Assembly (NCBI RefSeq): GCF_006345805.1
Contig: NC_043004.1
Coordinates: forward strand, 45,818,001 to 45,882,000
Source: Octopus sinensis
Taxonomy: Eukaryota
DNA length: 64,000 nucleotides
Direction: 5' to 3'
The notes beneath the pieces were generated by a model. The model was not told the DNA's origin. It did not search any database and saw only the letters and a list, made by a program, of their open reading frames with translations. Of the stretch, positions 41,716-53,357 are shown piece after piece (the stretch's first letter is position 1; each line of letters starts with the position of its first letter). The position numbers were made by a program, and so were the translations under genes.

Positions 41716-41877
41716 TAGTTTTATTTTTTATAGCGTGCTTTCACTTCACTACCGAGCGCAGCTCTGTGTGCCTTGGGTATGTGCTGTGATTTGTTGTGAT
41801 GCTCTGATGGTTATTGTATGGAAAGTGTTCTGCGTAGGATGTGTGCAGTGCCTAGTAGTGCAATTTTCTGTATGTTA

Positions 41878-41879
<2 letters not shown>
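41713..41879 (-). mobile_element. R4/Dong subfamily 1, 3'-terminal 167 bp inside a (TAA)n array
   Basis: Near-identical to 8358-8523; (ATT)n at 41671-41712 and 41880-41950. Confidence 0.93.
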
Positions 41880-41951
<72 letters not shown>

Positions 41952-42949
41952 TCGTTAGAGATGAGGACGTTAATGATGACGTGGTATGTGTTGTCTTGGT
42001 AGACAGTGACTCTCATCGCCTATTAAAAATGGAAAATGGTTCGGGAGTAAGAGTGGAATTTCTATTACAAGTGATACCAGAACAACTGGTTCTCGTTGAA
42101 ATTCCGGATAGGGCAGATATCAACGTCGCGATAGAGGACAGAAGGCACAGTTGTCACTAACTAGTTATATGTAGGGATTCTCGCCACCTGAAAGCCTTCT
42201 GCTCAAATCTGAAGGCGAAATTATGGAGGGCTTCACTACTTCCAGTAACGAAATTACAACTACAGCACCAGCAGAACACCGCCGCTCTCATGAGAACAAC
42301 AGTAACCATAAAAATACAACACAGACTCAGAAACATGCCAACATATATGGACTCTCTCTTGCCCGTCCTTTGAACTCTCTGTCTTGGAGAATTCGCCACG
42401 CGACGAAATGAGGAAATAGGGGAAAATAGGAAAAGACGCTTCACTCCCAAATGTAGCAGCTTATAAAAATGCGCTGTCATCCTGTCAGTCATAATCCACA
42501 GCCAAACTCACAACCATATATACAATGCTATTAACAGCAGCGAAAATGTACACACCCACGCACATCAGTGGAACGCACAAAATACAAAATGTGCAAAGAA
42601 GTAACAAGAAAATTGCAGCAAAGCTGCGTGATAAGTTGTCAGCCATGACATGCAGACAAACATACAACTTGTTTGACATTACGTTTTTATTCTTCTCTTC
42701 CTTTTCATTTTGACGTACGCATTGCGTTTTTATTCTTCCGTTTTACCAATTCAGCGTGGGCATGCGTGTTCATTCTTTTTTTCCGATTCCTCCTCAAAAC
42801 TGTTTGCAAGACACAACCGTCTCACGAACGGTGTTCGTGAGGAACACTTCACGCTCCGATAGCTGTGAACTGAGCAAAAACAAGCATAGGAGAAGAAAAG
42901 CACCACAGCATTCATAGATATCTATCTGTATTTCTTAGTATTCTACAGC

Positions 42950-43450
42950 GATCAAACGATGTTGTGTTTTGGTAATTTTATCTCATCACAGGTTACCTTC
43001 AAGCCTCTCTTCATAATTTGCACTGTGCACTTATTTACTCCAAACTGCATTCCAATACATTTACTGAATACTCTCACTGCTTGGATTATAAGATCTAAAT
43101 CTATCTCAGTTTTTGTATATAACTTGAGGTCATCCATATAAAGTACGTGATCTATTTTCATCTTGGATTTTGTAAACTCCTAACCAGGCCTGGATATTTT
43201 TAGTTTACTTGGTTGGCACAATGACGAAGAGTAATGGAGAACCTGAGACTTCTTGGAAAATACCCCTGCAATTTTTTAACTAGCGATTCATTTGCATATG
43301 TCTGTTCTACTTCCCAGTCTCATTGCTTTCTCCAAAAAGTTATTTATCTTCTCCTAGTCCCCGAGTGTCCTCAGACACTCCAAGAGGTAACTGTGTGAGA
43401 CATTGTCATAAGCCTTCCTGTAATCTAACCATTCAGCAGCTAAATTCTTA
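42950..43450 (-). mobile_element. Degenerate R4-type RT fragment
   Basis: HVLYMDDLKLY..FSKCIGMQFGVNKC parallels HLLYMDDLKLY..MKFGLEKC in the 8-11 kb element. Confidence 0.8.
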
Positions 43451-43485
43451 TTCCTTCTTCATACCTCGTTTATTCTTCTCTCTCT

Positions 43486-43610
43486 AAGGCGGCGAGCTGG
43501 CAGAGACGTTCTTCTGCCGTTATGATTTGTTAGACTAAAACCCCCTCAAGGTGGTGCTCCTGCATGGTCGCAGTCAAATGACAAACAAATAAAAATTAAA
43601 AGAAGAAAAA
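43486..43610 (+). mobile_element. Short chimeric SINE: family B head joined to family A-type tail
   Basis: aaggcggcgagctggcagagacgtt followed within ~50 bp by ggtggtgctcctgcatggtcgcagtcaaatgac. Confidence 0.7.
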
Positions 43611-43959
43611 ATATTATTGCAAAGCTAAAAGAAGATAACTAAAATCAGCACTTTGCCCTTGAGAGGAGGGATCATTTTGGGGGAATACACATGTGCCCTA
43701 CTTCTTTGCCTTGTTCTGCTTCCATTAAAACAAACCGTGAAATGATATCATCAGTAGGTTTAGATACGACGGACAAACTATTAACCATCTTTTTTTCTTG
43801 GATTAAACTCTGTAGGGGAAAACTTTCATACGAAAACTTTCATAAATCCAATCGAAACAAAAAATTGGTTTGGGCGCAAGACAAATTTGGTAAAGGTACC
43901 ATAAAATGGAAGGTATTTAAAACTGAATTTAAAACTGAATTAGTGCATAGAAGACGGGA

Positions 43960-44296
43960 CCCACTTCGGTCACGACACTGACCATGGGATTGCACCTAGA
44001 AAGTTACCCTCCTAGTCACAAGTCTGGGCAAGGTGGTTTATGGAAGACCAGCAGTCGCCCATGCATACCGGCCTCCCATCTCCACGCCACCAGTGTTATC
44101 CAAAGGAAAGGCAAAGGGTCAGATACAGCTTGGCACCCGTGATGTTGCAACGCATTTCTACAGCTGAGTTAACAGGAGCAACTTGAAATAAAGTGTCTTG
44201 CTCAAGAACACAACACGCAGCCTGGTCCGGGATTCGAGCTCACAACCTCACGATCGTAAGCTCGACGCTCTAACCATTGAGCCATGCGCCTTCACT
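43960..44296 (-). mobile_element. SINE family D (tRNA-derived)
   Basis: Minus head aggcgcatggctcaatggttagagc..gagctcgaatcccgg; central ttcttgagcaagacactt. Confidence 0.9.
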
Positions 44297-44451
44297 AGAA
44301 GCAGAACACCTTATACACATACTAAGGAATTGATGAAATAAGGAAACAGAGAAAAGGAGAAAATTAGAAAAGTATACCATAGAAGAATAAGTATAATATT
44401 ATAACAAAGGCACAGTAGTAGTAAACACAGGGTAAAAAGGGTAAGGAGCGC

Positions 44452-44776
44452 TCTTCGGTCATGAATGGCCATAGGATTGCACCTAGAAAGTAACTCTCCG
44501 AGAAACAAGTCCAGGAAAGGTTGCTTATGGAAGACCAACAGTCGCCCACGCATACCAACCTCCCCTGTCCACACCACCGATGTTATCCAAGGGAAAAGCA
44601 AAGGGACCGATACAGATTGGTACCAGTGATGTTGCAATTCATTTCTACAGCCGAGTGAACTGGAGCAACGTGAAACAAAGTGTCTTGCTCAAGACACAGC
44701 ACAACACAGCCCGATCTGGGAATCGAACTCACTACCTCATGATTGTGAGCCCAACGCTCTAGCCACTGAGCTATGT
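44452..44776 (-). mobile_element. SINE family D, second copy
   Basis: Colinear with 43960-44296. Confidence 0.88.
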
Positions 44777-44819
44777 AACATCATGATAGAGGAAGTATAA
44801 ATGCATTAGTTATTCTAGT

Positions 44820-45252
44820 TAGCCACAGTCGAACCAATTCTACTATATGGCTCAGAAACCTGGACGTTATCAAAGAAGCCTGAGAGGCGGTTTGATGGAA
44901 CCTACACTCGCCTCCTTATGAGAGCTCAAAATCTCTCGTGGAAGCGTCATCCAACCAAAATGGAAATATGTGGGAAACTACCACCTGTGTCATCTCTTGT
45001 GAAAGGTAGGAGAGTCCAGTTTGCTGGACATTGTTGTAGAGCTGAAAACGAGGCAATTTCTCCTCTTCGCCTCTGGAAGCCATCTACTCGCGATACCAGA
45101 GGGCGCACACTCTCCTACCCTGATGTAATCTTCAGGGATACAGGCATCCAGCAACAGGACCTCCGTAATGCTATGATGGACCGCGAAGAAGTCTGGCGTA
45201 GCATGGTAAATTCCATTGTCTCGACCACGGTCGAACAATGATGATGATGATA
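44820..45252 (+). mobile_element. RTE-clade LINE 3' fragment with (TGA)n tail
   Basis: PILLYGSETWTL..RRVQFAGHCCR..DREEVWR; stop followed by tgatgatgatga. Confidence 0.88.
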
Positions 45253-45329
45253 TATTGAATCTTCAGTATATGACGTATTGAAATTTAACAGAATAGAAGA
45301 GCTTCAATAAGAAAAAAAAGTTATCAACA

Positions 45330-46300
45330 TTCTTAAAGATAACGAAACAAAAAATTTGTAGCAGACTTCCGAAGCCATCACTAGAAGGTTGATACTCTAT
45401 ACGGCACAAAAAGAGGACAGGATCTGATAAAAAAAATTATAAATATAACAAGATAAGAGGAATGAAACTAGAATAATACTTAAAAGCAAACCATTAATCA
45501 GACAAGATGAAAAACATTTCTCAGTATAAGGAAACAATAAAGTACAAACTGGAAACGAACTGCACTGAAAAAATGATTTAGATAAGAACAAAACAACAAA
45601 ACATTTTTGAAAACAGAAGATAATATCAATATACAATTCCAAAATATAATGAGAGAAAATGGAAATAAAGAGCACCCGTTGTCTATTACTCGACAAAGAA
45701 CCACTGTAAAAGCCAACAATGGATTAAAATTCCTGAGCTAAAAGCAAGTACGGAATGTATGATTGTAGTTTCATTGTTTGTAATGTTTAAAAAAATAAAC
45801 CTATTATAAATTTAAAATGAAGATAAAAATGAAGGGCAGAGTGAGTCACATGCGGCTTCTGAGTCCATGTCAGGAAATATTTACATAGACAAGTGATTGT
45901 TCATGTGAATATGTGTTTATAAAGTGTCTTATAAACATCTACTGAATATGTGATAATGGTCTGGACACAGCCATAGAAAACCTGACCGGTCAGACGAACA
46001 AAGAGATCAAGGAAAATATGCGATAATACAATAAACAGATATAATATAATAAGCACTGTTTGTAGTCTAAGAGATAACTCGAAATTTTCTAGTCAGAACA
46101 TTGCTCGGAGTTAGGTGGAGAATCAGTCAAAGTTCAAAGACCTCGAAAACTTAAACAATCAGACTGTCGGTTATGAAAGTGAAAGCGACAAAATTTACTA
46201 GTAAAACTTGGAGCACTAGGTATGATAGAAAATGTGTATAAAACTTTTAAACAACACCAGAGCTCAACAATTTACACATAATGTGCACTATGACAACGTT
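45330..46300 (+). mobile_element. Highly degenerate R4/Dong C-terminal region
   Basis: SQQWIKIPELKASTECMIV resembles SQQRLRSSGLKAETEGFLI; KFKDLE..LGALGMI resembles KYKDLE..IGTLGMI. Confidence 0.6.
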
Positions 46301-46614
46301 TGGAAGTTCATTCATCCTACGCAAGGCATTTACAATTCAATAAGGACGATTCGTATGATTCTCTGTATACAGCACGTATTCCTCATATTCGCAACCCACT
46401 GAAGTAATATAATATATATTATGATTTAATATATACCGAAGGCTAGAGCATTATCAAACTCACATAACTGCGTGTAAAACGGTTGTCATTCATTAGTGTG
46501 TCGCAGCTGTTCATCAATTTGTTCTTTATCTCCACCGCCCGTCACTTAAACACATAACACTAAACTCATACGACATATTTGAAACACAAACACCAACAAA
46601 ATAGCAGAAATCGT

Positions 46615-46618
46615 TACG

Positions 46619-46649
<31 letters not shown>

Positions 46650-46653
46650 TATA

Positions 46654-46738
<85 letters not shown>

Positions 46739-46741
46739 AAG

Positions 46742-46822
<81 letters not shown>
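46615..46822. repeat. (TA)n/(TG)n microsatellite
   Basis: Directly visible. Confidence 0.95.
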
Positions 46823-46824
<2 letters not shown>

Positions 46825-47232
46825 CACAAAAGATGAAACAGTAAAATGACAGAAAAACCAACAAAAATACGTAATCACATCAAAGCAAAACTAATGTACT
46901 GTACAGACCCAACTATAACTCTGCAAAATGACAATGCTACACAAAACGTAGGAGTATGGAGAAGGAGAAGATAATACAGGAGAAGCTAGTATATAACTGC
47001 TGAATACGTAAATTGTAACAATACTAAATCTACAATAATTTTATTTTCGATTTATCTCTCGACTCTAATTTAAAACTTATTGAATGAAATAGAAGGCAAA
47101 ATTCTTTATCGGGATGACTAAGAATCTGAGTAAGATAAATACACCTGAATGGAATTCTTCGCATCTATATAAAGACACATACCCACACGTATGCGTACGT
47201 GTATGGGTGTATGTGTGTGTGTATTTGTATAC

Positions 47233-47281
<49 letters not shown>

Positions 47282-47422
47282 AATATTAAATTTAGATACA
47301 TATATGTGTGTGTGTGTGTGATACACACATACGTAGATACACACACACACACACACACCAGGCTGAGTAGAAATTAAGCAACGTTTTGAAATATGTAATT
47401 CATCACAATATATTTCAGCAAT

Positions 47423-47831
47423 TACTCTTTTACTCTTTTACTTGTTTCAGTCATTTTGACTGGGGCCATGCTGGAGCACCGCTTTTAATCGAACAACTCG
47501 ACCCCAGGACTTATTCTATTGTAAGCCCAGTACTTATTCTATCGGTCTCTTTTGCCGAACCACTAAGTAACGGGGACATAAACACACCAATATCGGTTGT
47601 CAAGCAATGCTAAGGGGACAAACACAGACACACAAACACACACACATACATATATATACATATATACCAGGGGCTTCTTTCAGTTTCCGTCTACCAAATC
47701 CACTCACAAGGCATTGGTCGGTCCGAGGCTATAGTAGAAGGCACTTGCGCAAGCTGCCACGTAGTGGGACTGAACCCGGAACCATGTGGTTGGTAAACAA
47801 GCTACTTACCACACAGCCACTCCTGCACCTA
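47423..47831 (-). mobile_element. SINE family A, full length
   Basis: Colinear with 49325-49741. Confidence 0.93.
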
Positions 47832-47834
47832 CAT

Positions 47835-48085
47835 AGAATTTTTTTTTTTATCAAAGTAAATATCGTTACAAAGAACACATTTTTGCCACTGAGTTACAAG
47901 TTTATTTATTCCGGTAATGTAAAAAGCTGGAGGTCTGAACCATTTTCGAACTGACCACTCACTGGTCATTCCCCACCAAACGTTTCGTTCATATCGCGAG
48001 CAGTTTCAGCCGCGTTACGTCCTTTTTTTAAAACTTGAATAGCAAAATTGCTCGAATATCACACTTTTACAGTTCCATTAGATTG
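47835..48085 (-). mobile_element. Internally deleted mariner fragment
   Basis: Minus: IRAILLFKF.KGRNAAETARDMNETFG..VRKWF (HTH) joined to FYITGINKLVTQWQKCV (C-terminus). Confidence 0.8.
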
Positions 48086-48099
48086 ATTTAGGCATGTCT

Positions 48100-48390
48100 A
48101 TGTTTGTATTATCAGACGATTGAAAAAATTTGTGCTTCCAGCTGTGAGATAGGTTCATCTGGAATCCTTGTCAGGAGAAGATCCAGCCTCATTTTGAAGG
48201 CACCTACATACACACATTCTATGTCTCTCACACAAAGTTGGAAGGACATTGAAGAGTTGTTGGCCGTTGAAGCCCAAGCAGTATCAGGTCCTGTATTTTG
48301 ATGGAGATGTTGGGACTGTGATCCAAGCTTTGTCTGCTCATCTTTGCATAACACTGAAGAGATGAAGATAACCTGAACGAATTTGTTGTC
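48100..48390 (-). mobile_element. CR1-group LINE 3' fragment
   Basis: FKMRLDLLLTRIPDEP and QDLILL..GLQRPTTLQCP parallel the C-terminus of the 14-kb LINE. Confidence 0.8.
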
Positions 48391-48818
48391 TCTTGGCAGA
48401 AACGGCCGTAGGGAACTAGTACCTGCACACCCATTTAGTTATTTGCCAATTTGCTCATTTGCTCATTTGATTCTATACGCTTATACTTGTTCACACCCTT
48501 GCTTATGCAGTTACCAGCTTTTTCCACTCACTAATCTGTACTATTAATATGTGCTAGTGTATTCATCCAATACAGTACAATAAATATACACACTTATATA
48601 TATATATATAAATAAACATAATTTCGATTTTATATCCTCTCCGTTTTCTTTTTTTGCAGTATAAATCAAGGGTAAACCACGCGCCCATATATAATACACA
48701 ATTGCGAGATTGCCATGCAATAACTAGCACTTGGCTATGAATAATATGAGTACACTACCAGAAGTATTTTGGATAGGTACTATCCCTTAATTGGTTTCTC
48801 AACCTCGAACTCGCGCAG

Positions 48819-48865
<47 letters not shown>

Positions 48866-48872
48866 TATACTG

Positions 48873-49052
48873 AAACTCCCTCCGGTAATGAATGACCTTG
48901 GGATTGCACCTACAATGTTACCCACCCAGGCAAAAGTCCGGTTGTTTACAGAAGACCATTAGTCGCCCATGCTTACCGGCCTCCCCTCTCCACGCCACCA
49001 GTGTTATCCAAGGGAAGGGCAAAGGCCGATGCAGCTTGGCATCTGTGACGGG
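48873..49052 (-). mobile_element. SINE family D, 5'-truncated
   Basis: ggattgcaccta..agtcgcccatgc..ccacgccaccagtgttatccaaggg matches 43985-44130. Confidence 0.85.
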
Positions 49053-49285
49053 GCAACTTTCTTTATATCTTTAAACTAAAGACTATTTGCCAACATAATG
49101 TGGCTCTCTGTTACTGTTTTTAGACCCAGGAAACGTCGTTTTCAGCTGGATGTACGACACTATATTTTTGTCCTTATATTCTCAGTTGCTTTGTGCACAG
49201 ATATCGTGTCGTATAGCCAACTGGCAACGATGTTTCCTGGTGTAAACGACAGTAACATTCGTCCCTTCCTGGACAACCACATTAT

Positions 49286-49324
<39 letters not shown>

Positions 49325-49325
<1 letters not shown>

Positions 49326-49736
49326 CTCTTTTACTCTTTTACTTGTTTCAGTCATTTGACTGCGGCCATGCTGGAGCACCGCCTTTAGTCGAGCAAATCG
49401 ACTCTGGGACTTATTCTTTGTAAGCCCAGTACTTATTCTATCGGTCTCTTTTGCCGAACCGCTAAGTGACGGGGACGTAAACACACCACCATCGGTTGTC
49501 AAGCAACGCTAGGGGGACAAACACACACACACAAACACGCACACATACACATATATACATATATATACATATATACGACAGGCTTCTTTCAGTTTCCGTC
49601 TACCAAATCAACTCACAAGGCATTGGTCGGCCCGGGGCTATATCAGAAGACACTTGCCCAAGATCCCACGCAGTAGGACTGAACCCGAAAACATGAGGTT
49701 GGTTAGCAAGCTACTTGTCACACAGCCACTCCTGCG

Positions 49737-49741
<5 letters not shown>
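49325..49741 (-). mobile_element. SINE family A, full length, inserted in (TA)n
   Basis: Complete head, core and (GTAAAAGA)n tail; TA runs on both flanks. Confidence 0.95.
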
Positions 49742-49778
<37 letters not shown>

Positions 49779-49995
49779 CTAGGGAGCGAGGTGTAGGGAA
49801 AAAGGTTGCTTCGAGCAATCCGTGATAAATATATAAATTCAAGTTTCAGGAACAATATTGGTTTATTGAGAGGGAAATTTGTGGATTATATTTCTTTATT
49901 GGAGAACGATGGACAGAGAAAAAAGACGTTATTGTTACATTCCAAGGATACCATGGCCGTCGAGAATTCGGAAAACAACACAAGAGTTGCAGAAG

Positions 49996-50393
49996 GAAGT
50001 AGGAAAAAACCGAGCTACACATGTTTCATAGCGCGTGGAACATCAACAGTGGTAAAATCGAAGCGAAATGTATTGTATACTGCCGGCTACTCTTCAGGCC
50101 AAGAATATCTTGATTAGACACAGCGCCTCCAGCACTATGTTCGGGTGTTGAAGCAGTTACTCAACAACTCAAACATAATATAACCTGACTTAGCAAAAGC
50201 TTCTGATAAAGTTGATCATGGTATGATATGTCACAAACTGCGCGGGAGGTACATGTTGACGCAAAGTGGGTTCAATTTAATCCTGGTACTCTGGCCTGAA
50301 GAATAAACCAGCGTTATACACCTCGCTTGGATTTTACGACTTCTGAGGTTCCACACGTTATACAATATATGTAGTCCGATTTTTCCTACTCCA
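49996..50393. repeat. Diverged ~115-bp inverted repeat enclosing a CR1 RT fragment
   Basis: gtaggaaaaaaccgag..cgtggaacatca..tcttcaggcc is mirrored by ggcctgaaga..gttccacacg..gatttttcctac. Confidence 0.7.
50115..50250 (+). mobile_element. CR1 RT fragment
   Basis: gacacagcgcctccagcactatg..gacttagcaaaagcttctgataaagttgatc is near-identical to the reverse complement of 59215-59337. Confidence 0.85.
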
Positions 50394-50430
50394 TTCCCTA
50401 GCTCCTGTATATATATATATATATATATTA

Positions 50431-50659
50431 TTTCTTTACTACCCACAAGGGGCTAAACACAGAGGGGACAAACAAGGACAGACAAACGGATTAAGTCGAT
50501 TACATCGACCCCAGTGGGTAACTGGTACTTATTTAATCGACCCCGAAAGGATGAAAGGCAAAGTCGACCTCGGCGGAATTTGAACTCAGGACGTAACGGC
50601 AGACGAAATACGGCTACGCATTTCGACCGACGTGCTAACGTTTCTGCCAGCTCGCCGCC

Positions 50660-50660
<1 letters not shown>
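50431..50660 (-). mobile_element. SINE family B, full length, inserted in (TA)n
   Basis: Colinear with 31971-32199. Confidence 0.93.
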
Positions 50661-50697
<37 letters not shown>

Positions 50698-50736
50698 ATA
50701 TACAATCATATATATATATATATATATATGGGGGGG

Positions 50737-50935
50737 GGGTTGTCCCCACCAGCACCGCTTCATGATTGGTGTTTGTGTGTTTACATCCCTGTAAACTAGC
50801 AGCTCGGCAAAAGACACCGATAGATAAAGTACTAGCCTTAAGAAGTAAGTTTTTGGGTCGATTCTAACACCAAGAAGACCTTGGTGCTCCAGCATGGCCA
50901 CGGTCAAATGACTGTAAGAAGTAAAAAAATAAAAG
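50737..50935 (+). mobile_element. SINE family A, 3' half
   Basis: ggtgctccagcatggccacggtcaaatgactg tail. Confidence 0.75.
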
Positions 50936-50999
50936 AACGTATATTCAAATATAATCGTACACACATGCACGCACATAGATATACACAGACATATATGTA

Positions 51000-51490
51000 T
51001 TTGTTAAAACTGGAGATGTTAAGATTTGAAAGAATTTTAATACATGCATACGATAGTTCCAAACAGCGATATTAACATGTAAATTCATAGAATAATTAAA
51101 TTAATTTGGAAAAATCTAATTAATTACATATCACTGTTCTCCTCAGTGCAAAAAGTATAAACATGCAATTAAGAATTAATAATTATTAATAATTATTATT
51201 ATTTTCAGACGTCTTTCGGATATACATATTTATCCTCATGAATATTGAGAGGATACTATAGAATGGGAGTCTAGATGTGTATAAACGAAAACTCTGTAAT
51301 AATAATAATTAATAGTTTATTTATGCTTCTTGCACTGAGGAGAACAGTGATATGTAATTAATTTAATTTAACCAAATTAATTTAATTATTCTAGCATAAA
51401 TTTACATATTAATAACGCTGTTTGAAACGATCGGATGCATGCATTAAAATTCTTTCAAATTTTAACATCTCTTCCCCATTTTTAACAAAT
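51000..51490. repeat. Foldback element, ~165-bp inverted arms
   Basis: gagatgttaagatttgaaagaattttaat..tacatatcactgttctcctcagtgca is mirrored at 51318-51490. Confidence 0.88.
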
Positions 51491-51691
51491 TTGTTGCGTT
51501 GTATGAGATACCTTTCCATAAATTCCCATAACACACCATATAGAAGTAATATTATCATATTCGCAAAAACTTACGCCAATAAAATAATGAAGAATCTCTT
51601 AGAAATCGCCTTTTTGGAACCCAACAAAGTAAATGATGAAATATAATTCAACCTTTTCTCATATATATATATATATCTATCTATCTATCTG

Positions 51692-51825
<134 letters not shown>

Positions 51826-52166
51826 AATATATATATATATACTCACGTTTACTCATACACACACGCACCCCGCACGTATATATATATACAAACACGCACG
51901 TCCGGCTTTGTCCGAGTACCGAATATTCAGGCCGATGATTATTGTCTTTATATGACTTAATTTATGGCGAATTATTATGAATAATTTTTTATGTAAATAG
52001 ATATGCACATGTATGTCTAGAGGTAATGAATCCTATCAGGATTTTAGACGTCAGTATATTTTTAGACAGATAATTTAATTTTGTGATTTACTAAAGTATT
52101 ATATTATGTCTTCATACTATTTTATCTTTTTGTTGGGAAAATCTAAATTAATATATATATCACTTA

Positions 52167-52880
52167 AAAGCAAACTTTGCTGAACCCTATTATAAAGTAT
52201 TACTTTAGTTTACCGTGAACTGGTCCTTTTTCATGCCGAATTCTACTTGGTGAAATTATTGATTACTAGTTAATAACTTACTTTTGCCTTTTGTTCTTAT
52301 TGATAATATGATTTTCTCCCTGGTAATAAACTACGGATTTTTTCTGTAGTATTTTACTTGAAGACACACGTGGATGGGCAAGGAAAGATGATAAACCTCA
52401 TTCGTTTATTTTAAATTCGGAATATGATCTGTCTGATGGAGAGATATGTTCAATTCTTCCAGTGCCTACGAATTTAATATTTTTCAATATTTAATATTGT
52501 GAAGTCCCATGCTGATGAAGAAAATGTTCGGGTAAAGTATTAATTACACATATTTTATACCGATCTAATTCCAAAACGCGTACCTGGGTAATCTAATATC
52601 GATTGATTATCGTTATTTTTCATCTTGCCTTCGTGGATTGTTTTCGAGTAATTTGTTTTTTCTGGTAGTCTGTTTTTAAAGTAGAGGAAATAACTAAGGT
52701 TCTCTGGCTGCTATTTCTAAACTTCGGTATGTGGTAAAGCAAATCTTTGCTGAACCCTATTATAAAGTATTACTTTAGTTTACCGTGAAATGATCCTTTT
52801 TCATGCCGAATTTTACTTGGTGAAATTATTGATTACTAGTTAATTAATTAATTTTGCCCTTTGTTATTATTGATATATAT
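52167..52880 (+). repeat. ~140-bp direct repeats (52167-52310, 52738-52880) around a ~430-bp interior
   Basis: ctttgctgaaccctattataaagtattactttagtttaccgtgaa..tcatgccgaatt.tacttggtgaaattattgattactagttaat occurs twice. Confidence 0.88.
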
Positions 52881-52987
52881 ATATCAAGGAGAAAACACGA
52901 TAGAAACACAAGGAGAAAACACGATAACGCGAGGACGTGGAACAAGTATAGTATTATTGGAGGCTCAGGAAACGAAAGAAGGAAGGT

Positions 52988-53024
52988 GGATCTAACGTTT
53001 CGAGCGGAGCTCTTCGTCAGAAAC
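52988..53024 (-). ncRNA. Minimal type I hammerhead ribozyme, intact core
   Basis: Reverse complement gtttCTGACGAaGAGCtccGCTCGAAACGTTagat. Confidence 0.75.
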
Positions 53025-53109
53025 ATAGTAAGAGGAAAGATCCAAGGAAGAGAAGACGGAGGGCAAAAATCGCCAACGATACACACGCGGTCATATATTG
53101 AATATATGA

Positions 53110-53142
<33 letters not shown>

Positions 53143-53322
53143 ATATATATATATTATATATATATATATATATATAATATTTATATCGCCAACGATACAC
53201 ACGCGGTCACATATTGAATATATATATATATATTTATTTATATATTCAATATGTGACCGCGTGTGTATCGTTGGCGATTTTTACCCTCCGTCTTCTCTTC
53301 CTTGGATCTTTCCTCTTACTAT

Positions 53323-53357
53323 GTTTCTGACGAAGAGCTCCGCTCGAAACGTTAAAT
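53323..53357 (+). ncRNA. Minimal type I hammerhead ribozyme, intact core
   Basis: gtttCTGACGA(53327-33)aGAGCtccGCTC-GAAAC(53346-50)-GTT-aaat. Stem I is TTT/AAA, stem II is 4 bp, stem III is the palindromic ACGT. Confidence 0.78.
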
